Shown piece after piece: positions 1-8,456 of a stretch of DNA of 64,000 bases. Position 1 is the first letter of the stretch. Each line of letters opens with the position of its first letter. The DNA is from an uncultured Dehalococcoidales bacterium (lineage in GTDB: Bacteria; Chloroflexota; Dehalococcoidia; Dehalococcoidales; UBA5627). The stretch spans positions 26,558 through 90,557 of the forward strand of contig CAYNQR010000002.1 in the NCBI GenBank assembly GCA_964399425.1, read 5' to 3'. Both the position numbers and the translations under genes were made by a program. The notes below the pieces were generated by a model. That model ran no database searches and had not been told where the DNA came from. It was given only the letters and a program-made list of their open reading frames with translations.

Positions 1-2
1 TA

Positions 3-977
3 CTTGACCCATTTGCAGGACGTGCAACTTCTATTTACAGTGCAACGATAAGGAAACGTGTCGGAATTGGAATTGAACTAAATCCTGTTGGATGGGTTTA
101 TGGAAAGGCAAAACTTCATCCAGCTAAGCAAGAAAGCGTCAAAAATAGATTATATGAAATCTCTAATATAGCCAATGAATATATTGAAGCTGCCAATGAT
201 CTTCCGGAATTTTTTCATCTCTGTTTTAGTCAAGATGTATTAAAGTTTTTATTGGCAGCACGTGAGCAACTTAAATGGAAACAGCGAGCATCTGATTGGA
301 CAATTATGGCTCTTTTGTTAGTATCTCTGCATGGGAATCGAGGGCAAGCTATGTCGAATCAAATGAGACAGACAAAGTCGATGGCTCCCAATTATGCTAT
401 TAATTGGTGGAAGTCTCGTAATTTGACACCTCCTAACTTAGATCCTGTTGCCTTCCTGTTAAATAAAATAAAATGGCGATATGCTAAAGGGATCCCCCCA
501 TGTAATAAAAGTAAGATTTATCTTGGTGATTGTAATCGTGTGCTTACAGATATTCGCAGGGATCAACTTAAAAAAGATCAACGACCAGTTCGGTTAGTTT
601 TTACTTCTCCTCCATATTCTGGCATTATAAATTATCATTATGATCAATGGATACGTTTGTGGATGTTAGGTTATCCACCTGAACCTAATAGTAGCATGGG
701 GAAAAATAGAGAGCGATTTCAGAGCAAGTTTGAATATAAGTGTTTATTAGAAGCCGCTTTTAATAAAATATCATGTTTAACTAATAAAGATAGTGTGATA
801 TATGTAAGAACAGATTCTCGGAAATTCACTTTTGATACCACTTATATTGTGCTAACACAAACATTCCCTAATAAGAAAATAACTGTGAAGGAACAACCTG
901 TCAGCGGTTTAACTCAAACGCATCTTTTTGGCAATAACACTACCAAAAGAAGTGAATTTGATATTATCTTAGAATAA
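3..977 (+). CDS. DNA methyltransferase (N6-adenine/N4-cytosine class), 5'-truncated by window edge
   Basis: Frame 3 is open from base 3 and continuous with the 252..977 ORF. LDPFAGRATS (AdoMet motif I) lies at the window start and FTSPPY (catalytic motif IV) lies much further downstream, which is the alpha-type motif order. The region is visibly AT-richer than the adjacent pan genes. Confidence 0.75.
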   Translation, partial: LDPFAGRATSIYSATIRKRVGIGIELNPVGWVYGKAKLHPAKQESVKNRLYEISNIANEYIEAANDLPEFFHLCFSQDVLKFLLAAREQLKWKQRASDWTIMALLLVSLHGNRGQAMSNQMRQTKSMAPNYAINWWKSRNLTPPNLDPVAFLLNKIKWRYAKGIPPCNKSKIYLGDCNRVLTDIRRDQLKKDQRPVRLVFTSPPYSGIINYHYDQWIRLWMLGYPPEPNSSMGKNRERFQSKFEYKCLLEAAFNKISCLTNKDSVIYVRTDSRKFTFDTTYIVLTQTFPNKKITVKEQPVSGLTQTHLFGNNTTKRSEFDIILE

Positions 978-988
978 TTATCTGGTTT

Positions 989-1822
989 CTACCCCAGCAC
1001 CACGTTATCGATCAATCTTGTTTTGCCGAACTTGACTGCCATAGATACCAGCGCTTTTCCGGTAATCTCATCCAGCTCGTCGAGGGTAACGGGGTCGGCA
1101 ACCGAAACATAATCTATTCTAGCCAATTCCTCGGTTTTAATCAGCCTGACCATTTCTTTGCGGATGGTCTCGGCCTTTCTTTCGCCTTGGTCATACAAGT
1201 CCTTTACAAGCATCAGCGAGCGATATAAAACGGTAGCCGCCTGCCTGTCTTCGGTATTTAAGTAGACATTGCGGCTGCTCATTGCCAGTCCGTCCTCTTC
1301 GCGGATAGTAGGGCAGGTAATTACATCGAGGTTCATGTTCAGGTCTTTTACCATCTTGTTGATAACGATAACCTGCTGGGCATCCTTCTGCCCGAAGTAG
1401 GCTCTATCAGGTCTCACTATATTGAATAGTTTATTGACAACCGTTGTCACTCCGCGGAAATGTCCCGGGCGGCAATTCCCTTCCAATTTCTGGGTTATGC
1501 CGGTAACTTCGACACGACTGCTGAAATCAGGCGGATACATCTCTATGGCTTCGGGCGCGAATACTGCATCGACTCCCTCTTCCTCCAGCATTTCTGTATC
1601 GCCTTCCATATCACGCGGATATTTTTCAAAGTCTTCATTCGGGCCGAACTGGGTCGGGTTGACGAAGATGCTGACGACGACAGAAGCGTTTTCTTCTTTT
1701 GCTTTCCTGACAAGTGAAATATGACCTTCATGTAAATATCCCATAGTGGGGACGAAGCCGACAGGCTCGCATAGCGTTTTTCTGAAATCCCGCATTTCGC
1801 TGATAGTATTGATTATTTTCAT
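989..1822 (-). CDS. panC: pantoate--beta-alanine ligase
   Basis: 277 aa. The VPTMGYLHEGHISLV HIGH-like motif and overall PanC-like sequence are present. It is the last gene of the pan operon. Confidence 0.95.
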   Translation of the reverse strand: MKIINTISEMRDFRKTLCEPVGFVPTMGYLHEGHISLVRKAKEENASVVVSIFVNPTQFGPNEDFEKYPRDMEGDTEMLEEEGVDAVFAPEAIEMYPPDFSSRVEVTGITQKLEGNCRPGHFRGVTTVVNKLFNIVRPDRAYFGQKDAQQVIVINKMVKDLNMNLDVITCPTIREEDGLAMSSRNVYLNTEDRQAATVLYRSLMLVKDLYDQGERKAETIRKEMVRLIKTEELARIDYVSVADPVTLDELDEITGKALVSMAVKFGKTRLIDNVVLG

Positions 1823-2178
1823 ATCGTCTTGTATCTATCCTTATCTGCAAAATAGTCTATTGCTCTGAATCCGGGGTGGATTCTTGCGCTGTGTATGGCT
1901 CCGGCAGTGATAAAATAGGTATCGCCCCGGCTGTATTTATTAGTTTTGCCATCGACCGTCAATTCAATTATTCCGTCGATTACTATGCCCCACTGGTCAC
2001 CGTGGCTGTGCTCGGATACAACGACTTCTACATCGGACTCATTGAATAAAATCTGCCCCGAATCGCTTTGAAGCAGCCATCCGCTTAAACCGTTGAAAGC
2101 TATATTTGCCCGTGGCAGCTTTTTTACGAAATCGGGGAATTCTGATGAATTCACAACGGCTCCTGCAAGGTTATTCAA
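1819..2178 (-). CDS. cupin domain protein embedded in the pan operon
   Basis: 119 aa. Cupin motifs SEHSHGDQWGIVIDG and GDTYFITAGAIHSARI are present. It abuts the panB stop and overlaps the panC start by 4 nt. Confidence 0.7.
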   Translation of the reverse strand: MNNLAGAVVNSSEFPDFVKKLPRANIAFNGLSGWLLQSDSGQILFNESDVEVVVSEHSHGDQWGIVIDGIIELTVDGKTNKYSRGDTYFITAGAIHSARIHPGFRAIDYFADKDRYKTI

Positions 2179-3012
2179 TCACCTGTCTTTTAGTTCGTTA
2201 AGAATGTTTTCATCCATCGGAAAACTCTGTGCTTCCGTGGGGAAAGCTCCCGATTTGACCTCTTCGTAGTATTTGCTGACGGCTCCGGACATCTCATCGG
2301 CGATTCTGGCATACTGTTTGGTATGTTTCGGCACGAAGTCGGTAAACAGCCCCAGTATATCGCTTATAACCTGCACCTGTCCGTCGCAGCCGGCTCCGGC
2401 GCCGATACCGATAGTAGGTATGCTTATGCTCTCAGAAATAAAAGCAGCCAGCGCTGCGGGAACCGTCTCCAGCACCACGGCAAAAGCGCCCGCCTGTTCT
2501 ACGGCTTTAGCATCTTCCAGCAGCTTTTTAGCTGTCTCTGAGTCTTTACCCTGTATTTTATAGCCGCCGAGCTGATTGACGGATTGCGGGGTTAAACCGA
2601 TGTGGCTCATCACCGGTATGCCGCAATCGACAATTCTTTTAATCTTGTCGGCAGCATTGACTCCGCCTTCTACCTTGACCGCCTGTGCTCCGCCTTCCTG
2701 TATAAAGCGGGCGGCATTCGACAAAGCCTGTTCCGCACTTATATGATAGCTCATGAAAGGCATATCGCCGATGACCATAGCATTGTTAGAGCCGCGTACC
2801 ACCGCTTTGGTATGGTGAATCATATCGTCCATGGTGACCGGAATGGTGGAATCATAGCCCAGTATTACCATTCCCAGGCTGTCTCCGACCAGTATAACGG
2901 GTACTTGCGCCTCATCGATAATCTTGGCTGTCATATAATCATAGGCGGTCAGCACAGCGATTTTCTCGCCTTTCTGCTTCATTGCTTTTACCCGGGTTAC
3001 AGTTGTTCTCAT
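2179..3012 (-). CDS. panB: 3-methyl-2-oxobutanoate hydroxymethyltransferase
   Basis: 277 aa with typical PanB sequence (LTAYDY..., ILVGDSLGMV..., GADA-like region). Confidence 0.95.
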   Translation of the reverse strand: MRTTVTRVKAMKQKGEKIAVLTAYDYMTAKIIDEAQVPVILVGDSLGMVILGYDSTIPVTMDDMIHHTKAVVRGSNNAMVIGDMPFMSYHISAEQALSNAARFIQEGGAQAVKVEGGVNAADKIKRIVDCGIPVMSHIGLTPQSVNQLGGYKIQGKDSETAKKLLEDAKAVEQAGAFAVVLETVPAALAAFISESISIPTIGIGAGAGCDGQVQVISDILGLFTDFVPKHTKQYARIADEMSGAVSKYYEEVKSGAFPTEAQSFPMDENILNELKDR

Positions 3013-3022
3013 ACCAGCCTCT

Positions 3023-3400
3023 TTAGAAGGAAAGCGATTCGATAGAGTGTTTTATGGTGGTAATTTCGTTATTTTTATTTACATGAACCATTGTCGGGCT
3101 GAAATCTTCCGTATCGCTTTCCGCCATTTGACAATAGGTGAGGATAATAACGATATCGCCCTTGCAGACCAGGCGGGCGGAGGCCCCATTCAGGCAGATT
3201 TGCCCGCTGCCCGGCTCGCCTTCTATAGCGTATGTTGAAAAGCGCGCTCCATTATTGATGTTCAGGATATGCACCTGTTCATACGGCAGGATATCGGCTG
3301 CCTGCATCAGGTTCCGGTCAATTGTGATACTTCCCTCATAGTCAATGTTGAGGTCGGTAACACGTGCGCGATGGATTTTGCTTTTCATCATTGTTCTCAT
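3023..3400 (-). CDS. panD: aspartate 1-decarboxylase
   Basis: 125 aa. [25 protein letters not shown] contains the G-S self-processing site typical of PanD. Confidence 0.95.
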   Translation of the reverse strand: MRTMMKSKIHRARVTDLNIDYEGSITIDRNLMQAADILPYEQVHILNINNGARFSTYAIEGEPGSGQICLNGASARLVCKGDIVIILTYCQMAESDTEDFSPTMVHVNKNNEITTIKHSIESLSF

Positions 3401-3414
3401 TTTTTACGCTCCGG

Positions 3415-4284
3415 TTATTGTATTGAGTGTTCGAGAATCCCTGCTATTTCTTCAGCCTGTGAAACATTCAGTTTGCCTTTCTCCATGGCAATCGGGATGG
3501 TATTTAAACCAAGCTCACGATACAATTTCGTGATATCGGGGTTTATTTTATCCAGTGCCGTTAAGTGTTTTTTTATTGTGCCCGAATCCCCGCGGGCAAT
3601 CGGCCCGGTCAAGCTCTGTGTTATTCCTATCGCTTCGATATTATTAAGCGTACCTCTCATCAGCGGCAATAGTGCCCGCACTGCCTTGTCACGGGGAATA
3701 TCTATATCTTCCCAGAGTCCGGCGGCAATATCGGTTAGCGTAACCAGGTAATTACAGGCGAAAACAGCTGCTGCGTGATAGATTACGCGGTCTTTCGATT
3801 TTAATTCAATCCAGTGCCCGCCAAGCATCTGTGCCATATTTTTAAGTTGTGCCAGCAAAGGTTCTTCGGCTTCTACGGCAAAGGTTATGCCTTTTAAACT
3901 ATCCTCCAACCCGGCAGCAAATGTTTGAAGCGGATGAAAAACCCCGGTTTGGCAGCCGGCTGTTTTTGCAGGATTCAAGATATCTACCGAGTCTGCGCCG
4001 CTGCAATGAACGACCATCTGTTCTTTGCGCCAGCGTACCTGGGAAGCCACTACAGGTATGACATCATCCGGCGTCGCGATAAAGATAAAGTCTGCGTTAT
4101 CGGCAACCTGCTGGTTATCGCTTGCGGCACGGCACCCATCCAAACGGCTTGCCAACATCCTGGCTGATTCATATCCGCGGCTGGAGACGGCTGCAACTTT
4201 AAATCCACGCTTTTTGAACTCAATCGCAAGCATGGTTGCCAGCGCTCCGGCTCCGATAAACCCCAACCTGATTTTGTCAGTCAT
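3415..4284 (-). CDS. Rossmann-fold NAD(P)-binding oxidoreductase (DUF2520-type), first gene of the pan operon
   Basis: 289 aa. The N-terminal LGFIGAGALATMLA dinucleotide-binding loop is present, with a C-terminal helical domain. It sits directly upstream of panD. Confidence 0.65.
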   Translation of the reverse strand: MTDKIRLGFIGAGALATMLAIEFKKRGFKVAAVSSRGYESARMLASRLDGCRAASDNQQVADNADFIFIATPDDVIPVVASQVRWRKEQMVVHCSGADSVDILNPAKTAGCQTGVFHPLQTFAAGLEDSLKGITFAVEAEEPLLAQLKNMAQMLGGHWIELKSKDRVIYHAAAVFACNYLVTLTDIAAGLWEDIDIPRDKAVRALLPLMRGTLNNIEAIGITQSLTGPIARGDSGTIKKHLTALDKINPDITKLYRELGLNTIPIAMEKGKLNVSQAEEIAGILEHSIQ

Positions 4285-4302
4285 TATTCATCCCCGGCAT
4301 TT

Positions 4303-4339
4303 AAAAATAAAAAAACCTTCTCCGAAACAACGGGAAGGT
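4303..4339 (-). terminator. intrinsic terminator / attenuator hairpin upstream of the pan operon
   Basis: Read on the minus strand: ACCTTCCCG-ttgttt-CGGAGAAGGT followed by TTTTTTTATTTTT. It ends about 19 nt before the ATG at 4284. Confidence 0.7.
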
Positions 4340-4436
4340 CAATAAAACATCCGCGTCTCGGTCTTTTGGATCCAAGCGATTTATACCGGCTAATAACCAA
4401 AAGCTCACCGCCATAAGGTCGATGGCCTATAACTTA

Positions 4437-4465
4437 ATTGTATTAACCCCGGATGGATATGTCAA
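4437..4465 (-). promoter_or_regulatory. sigma70-like promoter (TTGACA-17-TACAAT) facing the pan operon
   Basis: Read on the minus strand: TTGACA tatccatccggggttaa TACAAT. It starts 5 nt after the stop of the 148-aa ORF. Confidence 0.55.
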
Positions 4466-4469
4466 ATAA

Positions 4470-4916
4470 TTATGAATGTTTCTTTACTGATGGTGCGATA
4501 TCATGGTCTCTATCCCACCAAAGTAATAGAAGAATACTCCCATATTTTATACACCACATTCTACACTTGCCAGTTATTCTAAATGAGTATATTTCATCGA
4601 TATCATCTAATTCTATCTGTTGAAGTCTTTCTTTTTGTTCCCTAGTCAATTCGTCAACCGGTTTTGGATGAAAACTTCCATTATCTCTTAACTGTTCTGT
4701 GTTCATGTTTTCAAATGCGCGCAGTCTTTCCCATAATTGTTGAAAATCGTTGTGGGAAAAATCATTACAAGCATATGGGCCCCCTATATCAGCCTTGCTA
4801 AATCTCCATGATATATAGTAATTTTCGATATTAGCGGGTCCCAGGTATATAGCAGTCTTTCTTGCTGTTTGCGGGTTTTGGGGGGTAGGGATATATTTCT
4901 TTTTACTGTTTTTCAA
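4470..4916 (-). CDS. hypothetical 148-aa protein, candidate toxin partner of the Panacea-domain gene
   Basis: It has a TTG start and a 14-nt overlap with the upstream Panacea gene. The coding sequence is AT-rich. I recognise no family. The C-terminal FRITGKCRMWCIKYGSILLLLWWDRDH is only reminiscent of RelE/ParE-fold strands. Confidence 0.55.
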   Translation of the reverse strand: MKNSKKKYIPTPQNPQTARKTAIYLGPANIENYYISWRFSKADIGGPYACNDFSHNDFQQLWERLRAFENMNTEQLRDNGSFHPKPVDELTREQKERLQQIELDDIDEIYSFRITGKCRMWCIKYGSILLLLWWDRDHDIAPSVKKHS

Positions 4917-5355
4917 TGTTCAAAATTAGCCCGGTATAATACTCTTCCATATCATCTAAGGTGATTTCAGAATCACCTCTTTCCCCAGGCCCTAAACCAG
5001 CACGTTTACGAGCATTAAGCCAAGGAGCTTCACTGTGAGTGAGTTCACTTAACCAGGTAGGTTCTTTATCACCATAAACACCTAGAGTTAAATCAATGAT
5101 TTCTCTTTGGTCTTTCGTGAGGTTAGAAGAATTTCCATCTATTTCAGATATACAATAAGCTCCCCGATGACGGTTATATAAATCAGGAATAACAGGTCCA
5201 TTTGCCCAAGCCTCAATTCTTGAATCAAATAAAGGTTTATTGTTCCAAACTAAAGACCAAGCTTGCGCATAAAAACAAAGTTTTTGAAGTTTCCAAGTAG
5301 TAATTTGCCCCTGTTTTTGGAGAATATAACAAGCTACATCTAATACATTAGCCAC
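4903..5355 (-). CDS. Panacea / DUF4065 (SocA-like) antitoxin-domain protein
   Basis: VLDVACYILQKQGQITTWKLQKLCFYAQAWSLVW...EAWANGPVIPDLY matches the DUF4065 signature. I prefer the GTG at 5355, which lies 8 nt after GAAGGAG, over the ORF-track start at 5364. Confidence 0.8.
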   Translation of the reverse strand: MANVLDVACYILQKQGQITTWKLQKLCFYAQAWSLVWNNKPLFDSRIEAWANGPVIPDLYNRHRGAYCISEIDGNSSNLTKDQREIIDLTLGVYGDKEPTWLSELTHSEAPWLNARKRAGLGPGERGDSEITLDDMEEYYTGLILNIEKQ

Positions 5356-5383
5356 TTTACACACTCCTTCTTAATTACACCCA

Positions 5384-5435
5384 ATAATAACATAATAGAA
5401 CAATTTGTCAATATTTTCTTGACATCCCTTGTCAA
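5384..5435 (-). promoter_or_regulatory. promoter with inverted-repeat operator for the Panacea cassette
   Basis: On the minus strand, TTGACA (5411-5406), a 16-nt spacer and TATTAT (5389-5384). Immediately upstream is the inverted repeat TTGACA-aggga-TGTCAA (5435-5419). Confidence 0.55.
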
Positions 5436-5484
5436 TCTTTGAAAATAATATGCTACTCAAATAGCTAATTTTATTGTACATTTG

Positions 5485-6267
5485 TTATTGGATAAGGCTG
5501 ATTTCCTTGAAGATATCCGAACATATTATATCGTTCAAACCGGCGGCTTTTCTCTGGAAAAGCGTTTCGTTTAGTGGGGTAATCGAAATAATTTTTTCTT
5601 TTAAGGCATAGATATCGGTATCTTTTTCCGCGTTGTTGTTAAGCTGCTGCCTGACCAGCCAGTAGTATTCGTGTTTACCGTCATGCCCTTCCTTTACGGT
5701 ATCAATATGAGTTTTATGCGCCTGGCGGGTTATTTTAATGCCTTTTATTTCTGAAACCGGGTAGTCGGGAATATTTATATTCAAAAAGAAATCCCCGGAT
5801 AAACTTTTATCCTTGAATTTTCCTGCTATCAGTCCGACCAAACGCGCCGCATTATCGATATTCTCATTCTCGTAATTTAATACTGAAATTGCGATAGCGG
5901 GAACATTTCTCAGATACCCTTGCAGTGCGGCGCCGACCGTTCCCGAAATCAATATGTCGTCGCCGGTATTAAGCCCTTGGTTGATGCCTGAAATGACCAG
6001 GTCGGGCTTCTCTTTGACGACCATTTCCAGGCCTATTATGACGCTGTCGCCGGGGCTGCCCTCGACGGCGTAGGCGTCTATGTCGGGAACTAACGGATTG
6101 ATTTTATGGACGCGCAGGGGCTGGCGCAGGGTTACCATGGTGCCTGTGGCGCTCTGTTCCCTGTCCGGGGCTACCACTGTTACGGCTGCGATTCCCTGTA
6201 ATTCCTTAACCAAAGCCCATAAACCGGGGGAAAGTATTCCGTCATCGTTTGAAAGCAGTATATTCAT
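5485..6267 (-). CDS. surE: 5'/3'-nucleotidase SurE
   Basis: 260 aa. The MNILLSNDDGILSPG N-terminus is diagnostic of SurE. Confidence 0.93.
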   Translation of the reverse strand: MNILLSNDDGILSPGLWALVKELQGIAAVTVVAPDREQSATGTMVTLRQPLRVHKINPLVPDIDAYAVEGSPGDSVIIGLEMVVKEKPDLVISGINQGLNTGDDILISGTVGAALQGYLRNVPAIAISVLNYENENIDNAARLVGLIAGKFKDKSLSGDFFLNINIPDYPVSEIKGIKITRQAHKTHIDTVKEGHDGKHEYYWLVRQQLNNNAEKDTDIYALKEKIISITPLNETLFQRKAAGLNDIICSDIFKEISLIQ

Positions 6268-6389
6268 ATCGTTAAATCAATTGATAATAAAGTTTAGCAG
6301 ATGCATATCGTAACGACAAATATAATAACGATTACCCGATATTTTCTTAAAATATGAATTATTGTTATACTAGACAACAGGAGTTTGCC

Positions 6390-7265
6390 ATGAAGAAGAT
6401 ATCCGATATTTTCAGCGAGAAAGAGAGAACTTTTTCATTCGAGTTTTTTCCTCCCAAAACGGAAGCCGGAATGGTAAAACTGTATGAGATAGCTGAAACC
6501 TTTGCCGCGCTTAAACCGGATTGGTTTTCGGTAACTTACGGCGCCGGCGGCGGCACCCGCGACCTTACCCTGGATATCGTCGATAAATTCCAAAAGCGTT
6601 TCGGGATACCCACCATGCATCATTTTTCATGCGTCGGCGACAGTAAACAGGCTCTGGCAGAGAAAATAGAAGAGATGAAAAGAAGGAATATCCGTAATAT
6701 CTTTGCCCTGCGCGGCGACCCTCCGGCCGAGGATGAAAACTGGAAACCGGCTGTCGACGGATGCGAATACTGTTATCAGCTTATTGAAATGATTCGCCAA
6801 CACGGCGATTTCTTCAGTATCGGTGTTGCCGGATTCCCCGAGGGGCATATCCATTGCCCGAACAGGGAACTGGATTCGATTTATCTGAAGAAGAAAATCG
6901 ATTCCGGCGGTGATTTCGTGATTACCCAGATATTTTTCGAAAATAAAGACTATTTCGAGTATGTCGAGAGGTTAAGGAAGGCGGGCGTAAAAGAGCGTAT
7001 TCTGCCCGGTATCATGTCGATTACCAATTATCAAAAACTACTTTCCTTCTGCAAGGGATGCGGGGCGACGGTGCCTCAAAAAATCCACGATATTTTTGTC
7101 CCACTCGACGGAGACGATGAAGCAACCTATAAAGCCGGGGTTGAATTTACTACCAGGCAATGTCAAGAACTGCTTGAAGGCGGCGCTCCCGGCATCCAGT
7201 TTTTCACTTTAAACAAACTCGACCCTGTCAGGGAAGTTGTTGAAAACATTAAACATTATTTTTAA
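6390..7265 (+). CDS. metF: methylenetetrahydrofolate reductase
   Basis: FSFEFFPPKT...SVTYGAGG...ALRGDPP motifs are present. The ATG at 6390 is preceded by AGGAG, so it is preferred over 6354. Confidence 0.92.
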   Translation: MKKISDIFSEKERTFSFEFFPPKTEAGMVKLYEIAETFAALKPDWFSVTYGAGGGTRDLTLDIVDKFQKRFGIPTMHHFSCVGDSKQALAEKIEEMKRRNIRNIFALRGDPPAEDENWKPAVDGCEYCYQLIEMIRQHGDFFSIGVAGFPEGHIHCPNRELDSIYLKKKIDSGGDFVITQIFFENKDYFEYVERLRKAGVKERILPGIMSITNYQKLLSFCKGCGATVPQKIHDIFVPLDGDDEATYKAGVEFTTRQCQELLEGGAPGIQFFTLNKLDPVREVVENIKHYF

Positions 7266-7280
7266 ACAGAAAGTATACGC

Positions 7281-8336
7281 GTGAAAACCAGCGATTTCGA
7301 TTATTATCTGCCACCGGAAATGATTGCCCAAACCCCGGTCGAACCCAGAGACAGCTCCCGTCTTCTGGTAATCAACCGCAAGGATTCCAGCATAACCCAT
7401 GTGAATGCCTTTTCCGATATCTGCCGCTATTTGAAAGAGGGGGATGTGCTGATGTTCAATAACAGCCGTGTTATGCCGGCGCGCCTGAAAGGCATCAAGC
7501 CTGAAACGGGCGGTAAAGTGGAGCTGCTGCTTTTAAAGCACATGGAAGACGGTTCATGGGAAGCGCTGGTAAAGCCGGGCAAGCGCGTCAGAACCGGCAC
7601 AAAAATCGAGCTGTACAATGATTCTCTCCCTCCGGAAGAAAAAATACCTGTCGTTTTTGCCGAAATAGTGGATATCAAGGATGAGGGAATCAAGCTGGTG
7701 CGCTTTTCCGACGAGAAATATCTGCCTGTGCTGGGGAAAATGCCGCTTCCGCCCTATATTCACACACCTTTGAAGAATCCCGAAAGGTATCAAACTATCT
7801 ATTCCGATATCGAAAAAACAGGCAGTGCCGCCGCTCCAACTGCCGGTCTGCATTTTACCCCCAAACTTATGGATGCCCTGCATAAAAACGGAATCAAGTG
7901 CCTTTTTACCACGCTGCATGTCGGATTGGATACCTTCCGTCCGGTACAGGGCGAAGACCTTAGCCAGCATAAACTGCACTTCGAATACGGCTATATCAGC
8001 AAAGAGGTTGCCGATGAGGTCTCCCGTGCCAAGAGGGATGGCAGAAGGGTAATCTGCGTAGGAACGACATCGGTCAGGCTGGTCGAATATGCGGCAGGCA
8101 TCAGTAAAAATGCTCCGTTAGACCCGTTCGAGGGTTGGGTTAATCTGTTCATACTGCCGGGCTATAAATTTCTTATCCCCGATGCCATGATTACCAATTT
8201 CCACCTGCCGAAATCGACCCTGTTGATGATGGTAAGCGCCTTCGGTGGGATGGAACTGATGAAAAAAGCTTATCAGGAAGCAATCGAGAAGAATTACCGC
8301 TTTTACAGCTTCGGCGATGCTATGCTGATTTTGTAA
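7281..8336 (+). CDS. queA: S-adenosylmethionine:tRNA ribosyltransferase-isomerase
   Basis: 351 aa. FDYYLPPEMIAQTPVEPRDSSRLLV, then TAGLHFT and HVGLDTFRP, are present. Confidence 0.95.
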   Translation: MKTSDFDYYLPPEMIAQTPVEPRDSSRLLVINRKDSSITHVNAFSDICRYLKEGDVLMFNNSRVMPARLKGIKPETGGKVELLLLKHMEDGSWEALVKPGKRVRTGTKIELYNDSLPPEEKIPVVFAEIVDIKDEGIKLVRFSDEKYLPVLGKMPLPPYIHTPLKNPERYQTIYSDIEKTGSAAAPTAGLHFTPKLMDALHKNGIKCLFTTLHVGLDTFRPVQGEDLSQHKLHFEYGYISKEVADEVSRAKRDGRRVICVGTTSVRLVEYAAGISKNAPLDPFEGWVNLFILPGYKFLIPDAMITNFHLPKSTLLMMVSAFGGMELMKKAYQEAIEKNYRFYSFGDAMLIL

Positions 8337-8456
8337 GGGGAAAGTTGCAATTATGCGGTAATATTTACTCCGTATTACAATTTTAGTCAAATTTTCCGCG
8401 TGAAAGAGTTGTCTTGAAAGGCAAAGTGTCTTATTATAAAAGTAGAGGAAAGTCTA

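Noticed and set aside
6268-6389. A SAM or THF riboswitch upstream of metF.
   Set aside because: The ~120-nt AT-rich region has no recognisable conserved riboswitch core or terminator.
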